From Candidatus Woesearchaeota archaeon (GTDB taxonomy: Archaea; Nanobdellota; Nanobdellia; Woesearchaeales; JAHWHD01), in contig JAHWHG010000004.1 of NCBI GenBank assembly GCA_019323515.1, positions 1,859-65,858 on the forward strand: a stretch of DNA of 64,000 nucleotides. The letters are read 5' to 3'. Below the pieces are notes generated by a model. It had not been told where the DNA came from, made no database searches, and was given only the letters and a program-made list of their open reading frames with translations. A program made the position numbers and the translations under genes. Positions 25,158-37,100 of the stretch are shown piece after piece. Positions within the stretch are counted from its first letter, which is position 1. Every line of letters begins with the position of its first letter.

Positions 25158-28100
25158 ATAGGTTTGAAGATATTTGGAAGAGAGGATTTGCAATCTTTGT
25201 AGTGTTAAGCTTAGTCTTAAGTTCAGTCAGTGTTAAAGCTGTGGAACCTGGTGAAGAGGGTTTTGACTGGGAGAAGGCAGACTATGAGAAGATTGATTAT
25301 ACTAAAATTACTGACATAAACAGTATTCCACAACAGTATTATTCTAAAATCCCATGGAGCAAGTTTCCAAAAGAAGTGATTGTTAAATTTAGTGGAGATG
25401 CACGTATCAGAGAACTGGTTAAAGTATTAGAGGTACAGTCAAAGGAAAGTTTGAAGTTACTTACATCAGCACAGGTTAAGAATATTTTAGGAGAGTTCAA
25501 GGACCTTAGTATCCTTAATCATGCGGAGGTTGCAAAAGCGTTGGTTGCTAAGGGTGAGTTTCCGGGTGGTGCTGTCCTTAACTTAGTTCCAGGGGTTGTA
25601 TACAAAGATGGGAAGCTGATTAATCCTAAGTTCCCAAATGGGCTTGGTATCAAGTCGCTTGGAAGTGATGTCACAAGTGTGTCAGCTGTTGTAACAGAGA
25701 TAGGAACTGAAGGGTTTATCATATGTAAAGGTACTAAGTGTAATGAGGTTACTTCAGCAATTGCTGGTGAATTTACCGGGGTGAGCAGGGATAAGGATGG
25801 AAATTTGGTGATTGATACTACTAATGGGCCTGTTAAACTTGATGGAAACATAAGAGCTGTTGTTGATGTTTCTGGGGATGTTGTTTATCTTACTGATGAT
25901 GGAACATTTATACAGCATAAAGGGTTTAGTTTTACAGCTCGCGGAACAACCCAGAAGACTAATTTCAAGTTTAAAGGCAATAAACTTACAATGGAAGGGC
26001 CTGGTGAGGTAAGCAGTGATGGTAATAGGGTTAGTGGTAAGGTTGAGGGAAGCTTTACTGTTGAGATTGGATTGACTGCTGATGAGTTTAAGGTTACTGG
26101 GAATAAGGCTGATATAACTGTATATGGGAAGGACAGGTATACAGGTGATTTTTCAAATGAGTATAAAGAAGGAAAGCTGATGATGTTCAGTCTTGACAGT
26201 TATATGTCATCTGCAAAAATTAGAGGGCATCTTGCGATAACTAATGATGATAATATCAAGAAGGTTTACATCACACAGAATAATCCAAATGCTAAGACAC
26301 TTGAGCAGGTGTGGCATAATGCTGCAGTTATAACTACTTTCAATGAAGAGAAGCTGAATATTGATAAGTTAAAGGATGCGGATGTTAAGAAGTATGTTTC
26401 GGATTCTATTGAGAAGAATAAAGCTAAGATTGAAGCTTTGAAGGCTGCTAAAGAGAAAGCTAAGACTGATTATGAGAAAAGCCAGATTCAAAGCAAGATT
26501 GATTATCTTGAGGTTTATGTGAAAGACCTTGAAGGGATTACTACAAAAGCTGCTTTAATGGGTGTTGTTGATAATACTATCAGCAGATTAGAGGCAGATA
26601 ATGCAAGGATATGGAAGACGCATCCTAATACAGGGTACCTTGAGGTTGTTAATTCTGATGTTAATCTGTATGGTGATAAGAAGTCTACTGATTCAATACC
26701 TGGAAGGTTAGTTATACTTCCAGGAAAGTCGAGTTATGGTGTTAGTGAATTGGATAGCAGGAGCATGAGCGGTGAGCAGGCCAATGTATACTCAATCTAT
26801 AGTCCGCCGGAGTATTCAGATGCGTCTGGTAAAGACCTGAAAAAGAGAGGAATAATGTATTGTGCTAGTGGCAGTACTGGTATAACAGGTGACATGTGCA
26901 GTGCAAGAGCAAAGACTTCTGTGGGATTAGTTGAAATCATGTCTGGGAGGGATAGTAGCGGTAATGGATATAGCAGGGTTTCAAGGAATTCTGCTGTGAA
27001 GAATAATGTTGATGATGCTGGGTTGATTGTTGTAGGACCTACATCCAAGGATGCAAGGACTAGCATGATTAAGCTTGATGCTGACGGGATACATGCAATT
27101 GATAGTTTGGTTGGTGAGGGCAAAAGCAGGGTCTATACAAATCCCACGATTATTGATAAGATTGCTGAGAATTATAAGAAAGTAAGGGATATTGCTTTAG
27201 GTGTTCTTAGAGCAGCTGGACTTTTGAGAGAGGATGAGAAGGTAAGTGAAGAGGCGAGGAAGAAAGCGCAGGAATTAAAGCAGAGATTAGCTGCGACGTT
27301 TGTTGAGGAGTTTAAGGATATAAGGGAGTTTGTTGCTGGTGAGTTGAGTGAGCTTGAAAAGAGAATGCCAGGTGTAACACAAAAGTTGATTGATCTTAAC
27401 ACATATAAAGTTGAGCAGAATGAACAGGGGTTGCTTTCTATGTTAGCTGCTGAGAAGGATGAGCAGATGAAGGACAGGATAAGGGCGAGTATACTTGATG
27501 TCTATAAAGCTCAGGGTGAGACTGGTAAAGAGGAGGCTTGGTTAAAGACATGGGAACAGCAGGCTCCTAATAGTAAGTGGTTGGCTACAATTAAAAGTCA
27601 AAGAGCGCAGCAGCAGACATTAAGAGTAGATTATAGTAAGATGACTAATGCAGAGCTTGAGGCATTGGCTGAGACAAAACCTACAGTTGCATTGTATCAA
27701 GAGTTGACTAACAGGTATCTTAAAGATAAGGATTATGCTAATGCGCAGAAGTATGCTGATTTAGCTAGGACAGAGGTTACTCTTGGTTTGGAGAGGGCTG
27801 AGTTTAATCTAGAGAAAGCAGGTTACAGTGATCTGTTTGACATGACTGACAGGATGACTACAGTGTATCAAACACTAGCTGATGTTAGTCTTGCGAATAA
27901 GGATAATCTTCTTGCTGAGGATGCGTCGAGGTTTAACCTGGCTATTAATAAAAGGAATTATAGAGCAGCACAGACATTAAGCGCTGCGTTGATTGCACAG
28001 GATAAGTTAAAGGATAATGTTGCTGCTTGGGAGAGTTATAGTAATGAGAATAAAGATGCAAGCAGACTATATGATAGAGCTGGAGTAAATCTGATTGATG

Positions 28101-31100
28101 CTTATACTAGGATTAAAGCATATGATAAAGTCGAAGAAAAGTATTTAGATATAGAAGTAACTAAAAATACTGATATTAAAAAAGAAGCTGATGTTGCATA
28201 TGTAAGATCATTGAATGTGCAGAGTAGTGAGTTGTTGAAGGATAAGAAATATGATGATGCATTAGCAAAAGCAAAGAGAGCTTTACAAGTTGATAAGAAT
28301 GATAAATTCTCTTTAAGTGTGATGTCATCAGTTGCTAGTTCTTATTATAGCAGTAAACGTTATGATGATTCAATTGCTCTTTTAGAGGATTTGAAGAACA
28401 GGAAAGGAAGTTTAACTGAATCTGAGAAAGTAACTCTTGCTGGAGCATATCATGGGAAAGGTAATATTGCAAAAGCTAAAGGGTTGTATGGAGAAGTTAA
28501 AGATGCATTTGAGAAGAAAGGTGTAGCAAAGTTATCTAATACAGATAAGTTTTCATATGCACAGGCACTTGATGGGCTTGGAGAGAGTGACAAAAGTTAT
28601 GAAGTATGGAAGCAATTATCACAGATAACTCCTGCTAATGATAATGAAAAGAATCTTAAGAGTATTGCGCAGAATGTTGTTAGTCAGATTGATACTACAA
28701 GAGGGTTCCAGGCAGCGCTAAAAGGGATCACTGAGAAACAGGAGACTGTGCAGGCTTATGATAAGGTTGTTGATGGCTTGAGTTCTAAGGATGCGCTAAG
28801 GTTAGCTAATAGTATTGCTGGGAAAGCAGACAAGTTTACAAAAGAAGCAGATGCAAAAGCTTTCTTAAAGAAAGTTGGACAAAGTAATTTCCAAGTTGCT
28901 GAGGCAAGGGCGATTAGTAGGGAGGGTCTGGACTTAGTTAAGCAAGGATTGCAACAAGTAAAAGAAGGTAAAGATGTTTCTCAAGCATTAGCAACATATA
29001 ATGGAGGATTGGATACGTTACTTAAGGCAACTATATCTCCAGATAAGAGAAAAGAATCTGGTGGCAAACTGGATAACCTAAGAGAAAAGATTCAAATTTT
29101 AAAAAGGCAGATTGCCGATGCAAAGGAGAGCAGAGACAAAGCTCCAAGCGGTTGGTTTGGCACTAAGACTAAAGAATATGAAACTTACAATTCATTATAT
29201 GAAGCTAGATTGAAGGATTTAGATGCGGCACAAAAGGAATATTTGAAATTAAGACAACAAATTCTTTCAGGTGCAAACCTTGCTGATAAGAGAGAATTAA
29301 TTAAGTTACAAGAGGATTTGCTTAGTGAACTTAGAGGCCAGAAAGCTCAAGGTTATTTAGGGTCTGCAGAAACAGTAAGACAATTAGAAGAGACAACTGA
29401 CCAATTTATTGCAGAAGTAGCAGGACAATATGGTTTCTTATTAGAAAGGTATGATCAACAATCAAGTGGATTGTGGACATTGATAGTTAGTGAGAAAGAA
29501 AAACTAAGGGATAGAAGTTATAACACATATCTAAAACAGGGTTATACTGCTGAACAGGCAAAAGATATGGCTGAAAAACAGGCCCAGGATTATGTTAATG
29601 TTCGGATGAAAAATATTGGTTTAGAAAATGCGGATTTGTTTCAAAAAGATTTACTTGATGCAAAAACAAAAAGGCAACAATTAAGTTTAGAAACAGATAA
29701 CCAAAGAAGGGAAGCTGCTGCTGCACATGCTGCAGGAGGGTGGAAAATTGGACAATATGTAATTGTCTCCAATAGAAATATTGATATTGTTAAAAATTGG
29801 TGGGCTTCAGATGGAGTTTTAACTGATTATACTAAAAAGGCAGAGGTTGGCTTCTTAGGGAATTTTGGATATAAGGTAGCAAATGGGGTAAGTAAAACAG
29901 TGGGTCTATTTTTAGAAGTGGGTCTGCCTGTTGCAATTGGTAGCTTGGTAGCAAATGTAAAAGACGGCGTCTTATTAGCTTCAGGAAGTGCAACAACCAA
30001 TGAACAGACAATACAAGAAAAGAATAAAGCAGTAGCAAAAAACCAACAAATAATACAAGGATTACAGTATCTAAGCAAAATTACACAAGAAACTTCTAGC
30101 GCAGATATGGAAGCACTTGCTAGAGCTGTGAAATCAAAGTCGACAACAGGATTGACTGACTCTCAGAAAAAGCTTTATGAGAAATATTTTACTGGAACTG
30201 AAGGTACGAAGGCAAAAGAATCAGTATTATTAGCTGTGACTGATAATAGATTAAACAACCAGGATTTTGGGCCGGGAGGAGTTTTAGAGTATGCATCTGG
30301 TGTCAATGATTTAACACCGGAAGAGATTGCAAAAAGACAGGCACTTCTAGCCAATGCGCAGAAGACTGAGTACTTCAAGGATGCAAGAAACAAATTATTG
30401 GCAGGATGGGGCTTGGATGAAAAAGGGGATTATTTTGCTGATAGTAAGGGGAATTATTTATCTCTTGAAGCTGGAGGAAGACTTCTTGGAAGATTAATAA
30501 ATCCAAAAGAGACGCTGACGCAGGTAACACATTTAGCATGGGCTAATGAAAACCTTGCAGGGGTATTAAATTTCTTCGGGACAAGTTCAAATGAATACGA
30601 AAAATTAAAGTATCTTAATAGAAAAGGATCTGAACTTGCGAAAACAACCCAAATGGTAAAGTTGCTTGAAGAAGGGAAATTCAAGGATTTGAGTGCGATA
30701 TATAATAATGAAGGCGATGTATTATCTCCAGAACAACATAAAGAGTACAGACAACTAATTGATTTAGATGTAAACTTAAGAACTGCGAGATTAGTGGAAA
30801 AGTATGGGAGTTATGACAAGATTCCACAATCAGAGATTCAAGCCATTAATAGACTTAAGGTTGCAGACGAAGTTGGGAGGTATAATTGGGAAGCTGCAAA
30901 GGGATATGCTCAACTTACCCAAGATCCTAATTTAGTGTCACAGGTCCAGGATACTCAGACTTATCAACAAACTCTGAATAGAATGGGTGAGACTGCCGGA
31001 TTCTTTGCAAATATGGCAATATTTGGTGCAGCAACTAGAGGACTTTCGTCACTTGGTGGAAAGATTCTTTCTTCTGAACCTGCAAAGACACTAGGTAGGA

Positions 31101-34100
31101 TAGTCAGTAAGAGTCAAACAGGTAAGAAAATTATAGATTTTGCTACTAAATATGCTGATGATGTAAGACTTGGACAGATGGCTGAGCAAATTGATGATGT
31201 GACAAATAATCTCGTTAAAGAAAGTTGGATGCTTAAGTTAAAGAATAAGGTTGTAAAGACTATTTGGAAAAATGCTGATGATGCTGCTGTCCAGACAGCT
31301 GATGACGCGCTTGCACAGATTACAAGCCTTAAGAATCAGTTTGTTAATGCAAGGGCTGCAGGTGATGTAACAAAAGCTAACCAAATAACTCAACAAATCG
31401 CAAGAATACAAGCTGATGCTTTAGCAAAGATAAATGGCCAATATCTAGGATTAGCAAAACAAGGTGCACAGATGTTAGTAAAATCTGCAAGTTTTGAAGA
31501 AATCAAGGAGGAAGCACAAGAAGAACTTGCAGGAGATATAGGTAAGAACCTCAAGGATAAATTAGGGGGTTCTGCTGGGGTTTTAGCAGAAGCACTTGTT
31601 ATTTTTTACAATATGAGAAAAGGAATTGTCAGCGGCACTATTTCAAGCGCAGATGTAAACCTTTACAACAACCAACTTAAAACAGCATCAAACGCGATGC
31701 TTAAACCTTTTGTAGATACTAATTTCCAAAATAAGGTCATTGTGTTCGATGGGAATAATTATGATTTCAAAACTAATCCAGATGGATCAATCACCTTGAT
31801 TAACAGCGATGGTGTTACTGTGAAAAAAATTGATGGACTTCTTGACTTACAAGCATTAGTAAGAGAAGGGAGAGTGCAGGTTCCAGGTGTTGTTGATTTG
31901 AATGTGTTAGTGGATAAAGCTGCATTAGATATACCTCTTAATGTTGAGAATGCAAGGACTGATGCTGAGATAGACACATTAAGGACAGAACTACTTGATC
32001 CTGGGATAACAGCAGAAAGGAAAGCAGAGGTACAAGCTAGGATTGAAAGCCTTGAGAGCCATAAAAATGAGATTGGAAAAAGCATTGATGCGCAAAAGTC
32101 TAATGTTGATATAAAACAAAAGAAACAGGAATTAGCTGATGCTGAGCAACAGGGTGACCTAAACAAGATACAGGAAACTACAACAGCCCTTAGAGAAGCT
32201 GAGACTGCAAGAGCTAACAGTCTTTCTGAACTACATACTGCACAAATTGAAGGGATTGAAGCAAGGAAGAGGGCTTATGAAAGTAAGATTGCTGAAACTA
32301 AGAAGACACTTGCGGGAGAGACTGATGCAAAGGTTCAGGCTGAGATTGAGGCAAAGTTGAATTCGTTACAGGCGCTTTTATTGGATGCTGATGTTGAGAT
32401 ATTGGCAGCAGAATCTGCAAAGTTAGAAGCAGAGATTGATAGTCTGAGAAAGCAGAGTAAGATTGCAAGTGATACCGAGAAAGCAAGACTTGAACAGGAG
32501 ATTGAGCAGAAAAGAAAGCAGTTACTTGATAAATCGATTCAGCAAAAAGAGGCAGAGATAGAGAGAGAACAGGCAGTGCAACAGACTGTGGCTGATGAAC
32601 TAAAGAAAGTAGAAGGTGACACCACTGGATTGTTTGTAGGGAGTGATATTTCGGGTTTAAGAGCGTTACAGGATGCAACTGATAGGTTAATCGAGCAAAA
32701 ACAAGAACAAAAAGAGACTTTAGAAAGGCAGAAGGAATTTAATGAGAAAGAAGGTAATGATGATGTTAAAAGACAGCAGAATGAGTTAGAAGAAAGAAAG
32801 AGTGATTTCTTTAGGGATGTTGAAGACTACCATGCACTTAAAGAGTCTGAAAAAGAGAGTGAAGCTGGTAAAGCTTTAAGGGCTAAGTTAGAGAATGAAC
32901 AAAAGGCAATAACTGTCAACCAATTACAGATTGATGCTGCAGTGCAAAAATCTTTAGGTACAACTGAGCCTGTTTCTGAAGAAGGAAGGCTTCAGAAGAA
33001 GGCATTGGAAAAGGTTGAATCGTCAATCAAAGAGGATCAGCAGCTTGACACCGACGAAAAAGAAGCAGTGAGCGAACTGACTAAGTTGCAGAATGAGAAA
33101 CAGAAGAAGGAAAGACAGGTTGAGTATGTTGAAGGAGAGATGGCAAAACCTGATGTTGGTGATGAGTATGAACTTGATGGGAAAAAGTATAAAGTAACTA
33201 ATATCTTAACAATCGGAGGAAAAACATATTATGAGGTTCAAACTGAGTCCGGCGAAATAAGAGGATTCACTGCAGAGAAGATACAGGCAGCGACTAAGAT
33301 TTCTAGTAGCCTAACTGCGAAGAGAGGGGTATTAAATACTATAAGGATACAACTTGAGAATGATATCAATAATATTGAAACACAAGAAAAAACTGTTGAA
33401 GAGAATTCTGATACTAAGGATGCACAAAAAGAGGCTGAGAAAGAGCCTGAACAAGTTACAAAAGAGAAAAGGATAACGGATTTGACTGCTCAGATTAATG
33501 AACTTGATGGTAAGATTGCTGAAGCTGAAAGGAATGGAGATTTTGTTTCACTTGAAGATCAACAAAGATTGAACAGGCTTAAGCTTGAGAGAGGCACATT
33601 AGAATTAGATTTACTATTAGGAAAAAAACTTGAACCGACAGAGGTGGAAGTTGCCAAGGAGCAGCAGGTGAAAGCCTTAACTGCTCAGATCAATGAACTT
33701 GGTGCAAAGATTGCAGAAGCTGAAAGAAGAGGTGACTTTGTCTCGGCTGAAGATCAACAGACTTTAGAGAGGCTTAAGACACAGAGGGCTGGTTTAGAGT
33801 TAGAGATATTATTAGGAGCAGACTTTGAAGCAGCAGAAGCAGTACAACCTGAACTAAAGATAGGAGAACCTGCCAAAGTCACAGAAGACGCAGGTACTCT
33901 AAAACAACAACTACAACAGCAAGGGGTACGCCAGGACCTAATAGACCAGGCTGGTGATGATATTGGCCAGTTAGAGACTTTGTTAAGAAGAGCAGGTACA
34001 CCAGAAAGCAGGGCAGAGGCAAGGCAGTTTGCAAGGAGAGTAACACCATCACAGATGGAGAGAAGCAGGTTGGCTGAACTAACAAGTGAAGCGCAAAGGG

Positions 34101-37100
34101 ACGTTGGTTCGGTATTAGATGCAATCTCTGGGGTAAGCTACCAGAGAGGAGCAGTTAATCTAGATTCAATCACATTAGGAGATATAGAGATAAAGATTGG
34201 ATATGGAAGAAGCCCATGGCTTGGACCTATCTATTCAGAACAGGTTGATGGGCAGTGGCAGATACAAATTGATACAGGAAGGTTAGCAAGTTTATTTGCA
34301 TCGTTAGACACACAACAGGAGCGTGATCTTGCATTTAAAGCATTGATTGCGCATGAGCTTGGAGAGATTGCAGGTGTGGAGAATGGTTTCTTGGTCGCTG
34401 ATGATTCTCATGTTATAGGAGCAAAGATTGCTAAGAATGTGTTGGGGGAGTTAACAACTGATTCTAAACAGTATATAAAGGTTAAACAGGCACTCAATAA
34501 TTTCGCATGGGCACAGAGTGATCCTATCAATATCGAAGGAGAAATGACTGAAGGAATACGTCAACGTGTATTGAGCGACTATCATTTCAGGAATAGTAAG
34601 TTAGCTTATGACAATCATTTAGTAAGGATTGCAGGGGGTGAAAAAGCTACAAGACCTATAGCAACAGTTTATCACAAGGTTGGAAAGACCTTTAAGGTAA
34701 TTTTTGAACATGGGAATGGAGAGGTGCAGATAGCGACGATTGATGTCATGGATTTCAAGAATCAAATCAATACTAGATATGGGCATATTGTAGGCGATAA
34801 TTTCATAACGCAGATTGGAGGTGCATTGGCAGATGCAATGGCTAATTGGGATGGAAGTGATGTTACAACCTACTTAAACAATCTGCTTAATGATAATGAT
34901 TTCAAGCAGAATATCATAAATAAAGTCCCTAATCAAAAGGTTGAAGCTCCTTTAGAGACTGATACAGAAAGCAAAGGTGATGATAGGAAGCTCAAGTTAG
35001 GTGAGTTTAATTTCTATGCTGGAGTTTCTGAAAGGTCAACAGTGGACAGCATACCGGGAGCGCAAAGGCTGAATGACCAGTCAACAGTTGCAGGTAAGAC
35101 TGCTGAGTTAAATATAGGTGGTGTTGATATTGATCTGTTGGCTGAAGTACAGAACAGGCAGCCTGAAGATGTATTAAGCGCTGATACTGTTAGCAGGCTG
35201 ACAGGAGGGTCAATACAGGGGTCAATGACATTGGATGCACTGCTTGCACAGCTTAAGACAAAGCAAGGTACAAAGGTCCTGGAGTTTGCTGACACAAATG
35301 ACTGTTGTAAGACAAAGGCAGTTCCGCAGATATTTGCAAATGAGTATGAATTCTTTGGAGAGAAGATAACAACAGCTGATATGACTGAATTGTTTAGGCA
35401 AAGACGAAGAGCAATTACAGAAGCGAATCTTGAACAGGCAAGGCAGCTAACAGAGGCTATATGGGAATCTGCATCACTTAACCAGGAGTTTGGAGGATAT
35501 CTTGATGGTAATGATCTTTTCAAGCTTGCAACTAACAAACTGCTTGATGACAGAGGCGACAGAGACTTTGCACAAGTGTTCATAATAGGAGGGGATGAAG
35601 TAGGTATTGTCAAGAGCGGTAATGGAAGAGTTACATTCGGAAGGATAGATATCAATAACTTTGGAAAGACCAATCAAAGGTATGGTGTTGAGTATGCTGA
35701 TGCATTAAAGGTTCAGATTCTAAAGATAATACAAAGGAACATTGAAGGAGAGATTAATGCTGATACTGCTAAGAAGATTAATACTGAGATACTAACTTAT
35801 GTTCAAAGCACAGGCAGGGAGTTCTCACAAGAACTTATGCCTTCTGTAAGTATAGGTATTATTAATGTTGATTCAAGGTTTAATGAGATTGATGCTACTA
35901 AACTGAATGAGTTAGCAGATGCTGCTAGCGAGAGGATAAAAGCAGAATCAAAGGCAAGGATAACTGATACAAGGACGACTGCTGATGTTGTGAATGAAGG
36001 CGGATTCTTTACAGAAGCTGAACCTGATTATGAAGTTATTGATAAACCAAGACCAACACCAATTACTGATTCGCTTGCTGACTGGATGTTTAACTTTGAC
36101 CAACAACAAAGGTTAAAGACGCCTGAACAGAAGAAGGCTGATGCTTTAAACGATCTGTTCTCAGATGATGTATGGCAGCAGTCTCCTTTGCAAGGGTTCC
36201 TGCACCAGACTGATAATCAAGGGAGGACAGTCCAGCAGAGGTTAGAGAGCAAACTTCAGAGCGGAGAGACTGCTGAGGATGTTGTCGCAGACATTAAAGC
36301 AGGAATCTTTCACAGATTCCCTAATGATTATATACCTGGTAATATTGAGGTTCTATTACAAGGATTCATCAATGATGTGAATGATATAGATGTTGAGACT
36401 ACTATTGATGATTTAGTTGATAAAGGTTTTACAGATGTTACAGAAGTTGGAAAAGGTGCTGTAGGGAATGTGTTTAAAGCAGAGAGAGCTGGAGAGACTG
36501 TTGCAGTCAAGACACTGCAGAGAGAGAAAGCTACTCCTGAAGCAGTTGCATTGTTTGAGAAAGAACCGCAAGTCTTAGCGCAATTGGATCATCCGAATGT
36601 TGTAAAGGCAAAAGAATCAGGTGTTAAAGACGCAAGGCCGTACTTTACTCAGGAATATGTTGAGGGAGAAGGTCTTGACCAGAAAGTAGCAGAGGCTAAG
36701 TATCAACAAAGGCCTTTATCAGTGCAAGAGGTTTCTGATGTTGCAGTGCAGTTGTTTGATGCATTGCAATATCTGCATGACAGGGGTATAATCCATAGGG
36801 ATATCAAGCCAGGGAATATAATCGTTGAACCAGATGGTACTATAAAACTAATTGATTTTGGATTTGCAGGGTTTGACCAGGAGTTAAGAGAGAGGTTTGG
36901 ACTTGAAGGTATACCTCAGGTTGGCAGTGCTCCTTATGACGCGCCTGAGATATTTAATGAAAAAAGAATGGCTGACAGGTTTGGGATAACTAAGTTTGAT
37001 GAGACTAAGGTTGACATCTATGCAGCTGCGTGGATGGTTTATGAGATGTTAACATTGAACAGTCCAATTTCTAGTGGACTTAAAGCAGATGTTGATTATA

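Noticed and set aside
34330-34400. Zinc-metalloprotease motif in the giant protein (IAHELGEIAG)
   Set aside because: The sequence is HELGE, not HExxH, and no third ligand motif was identified. The evidence is insufficient for a protease call.
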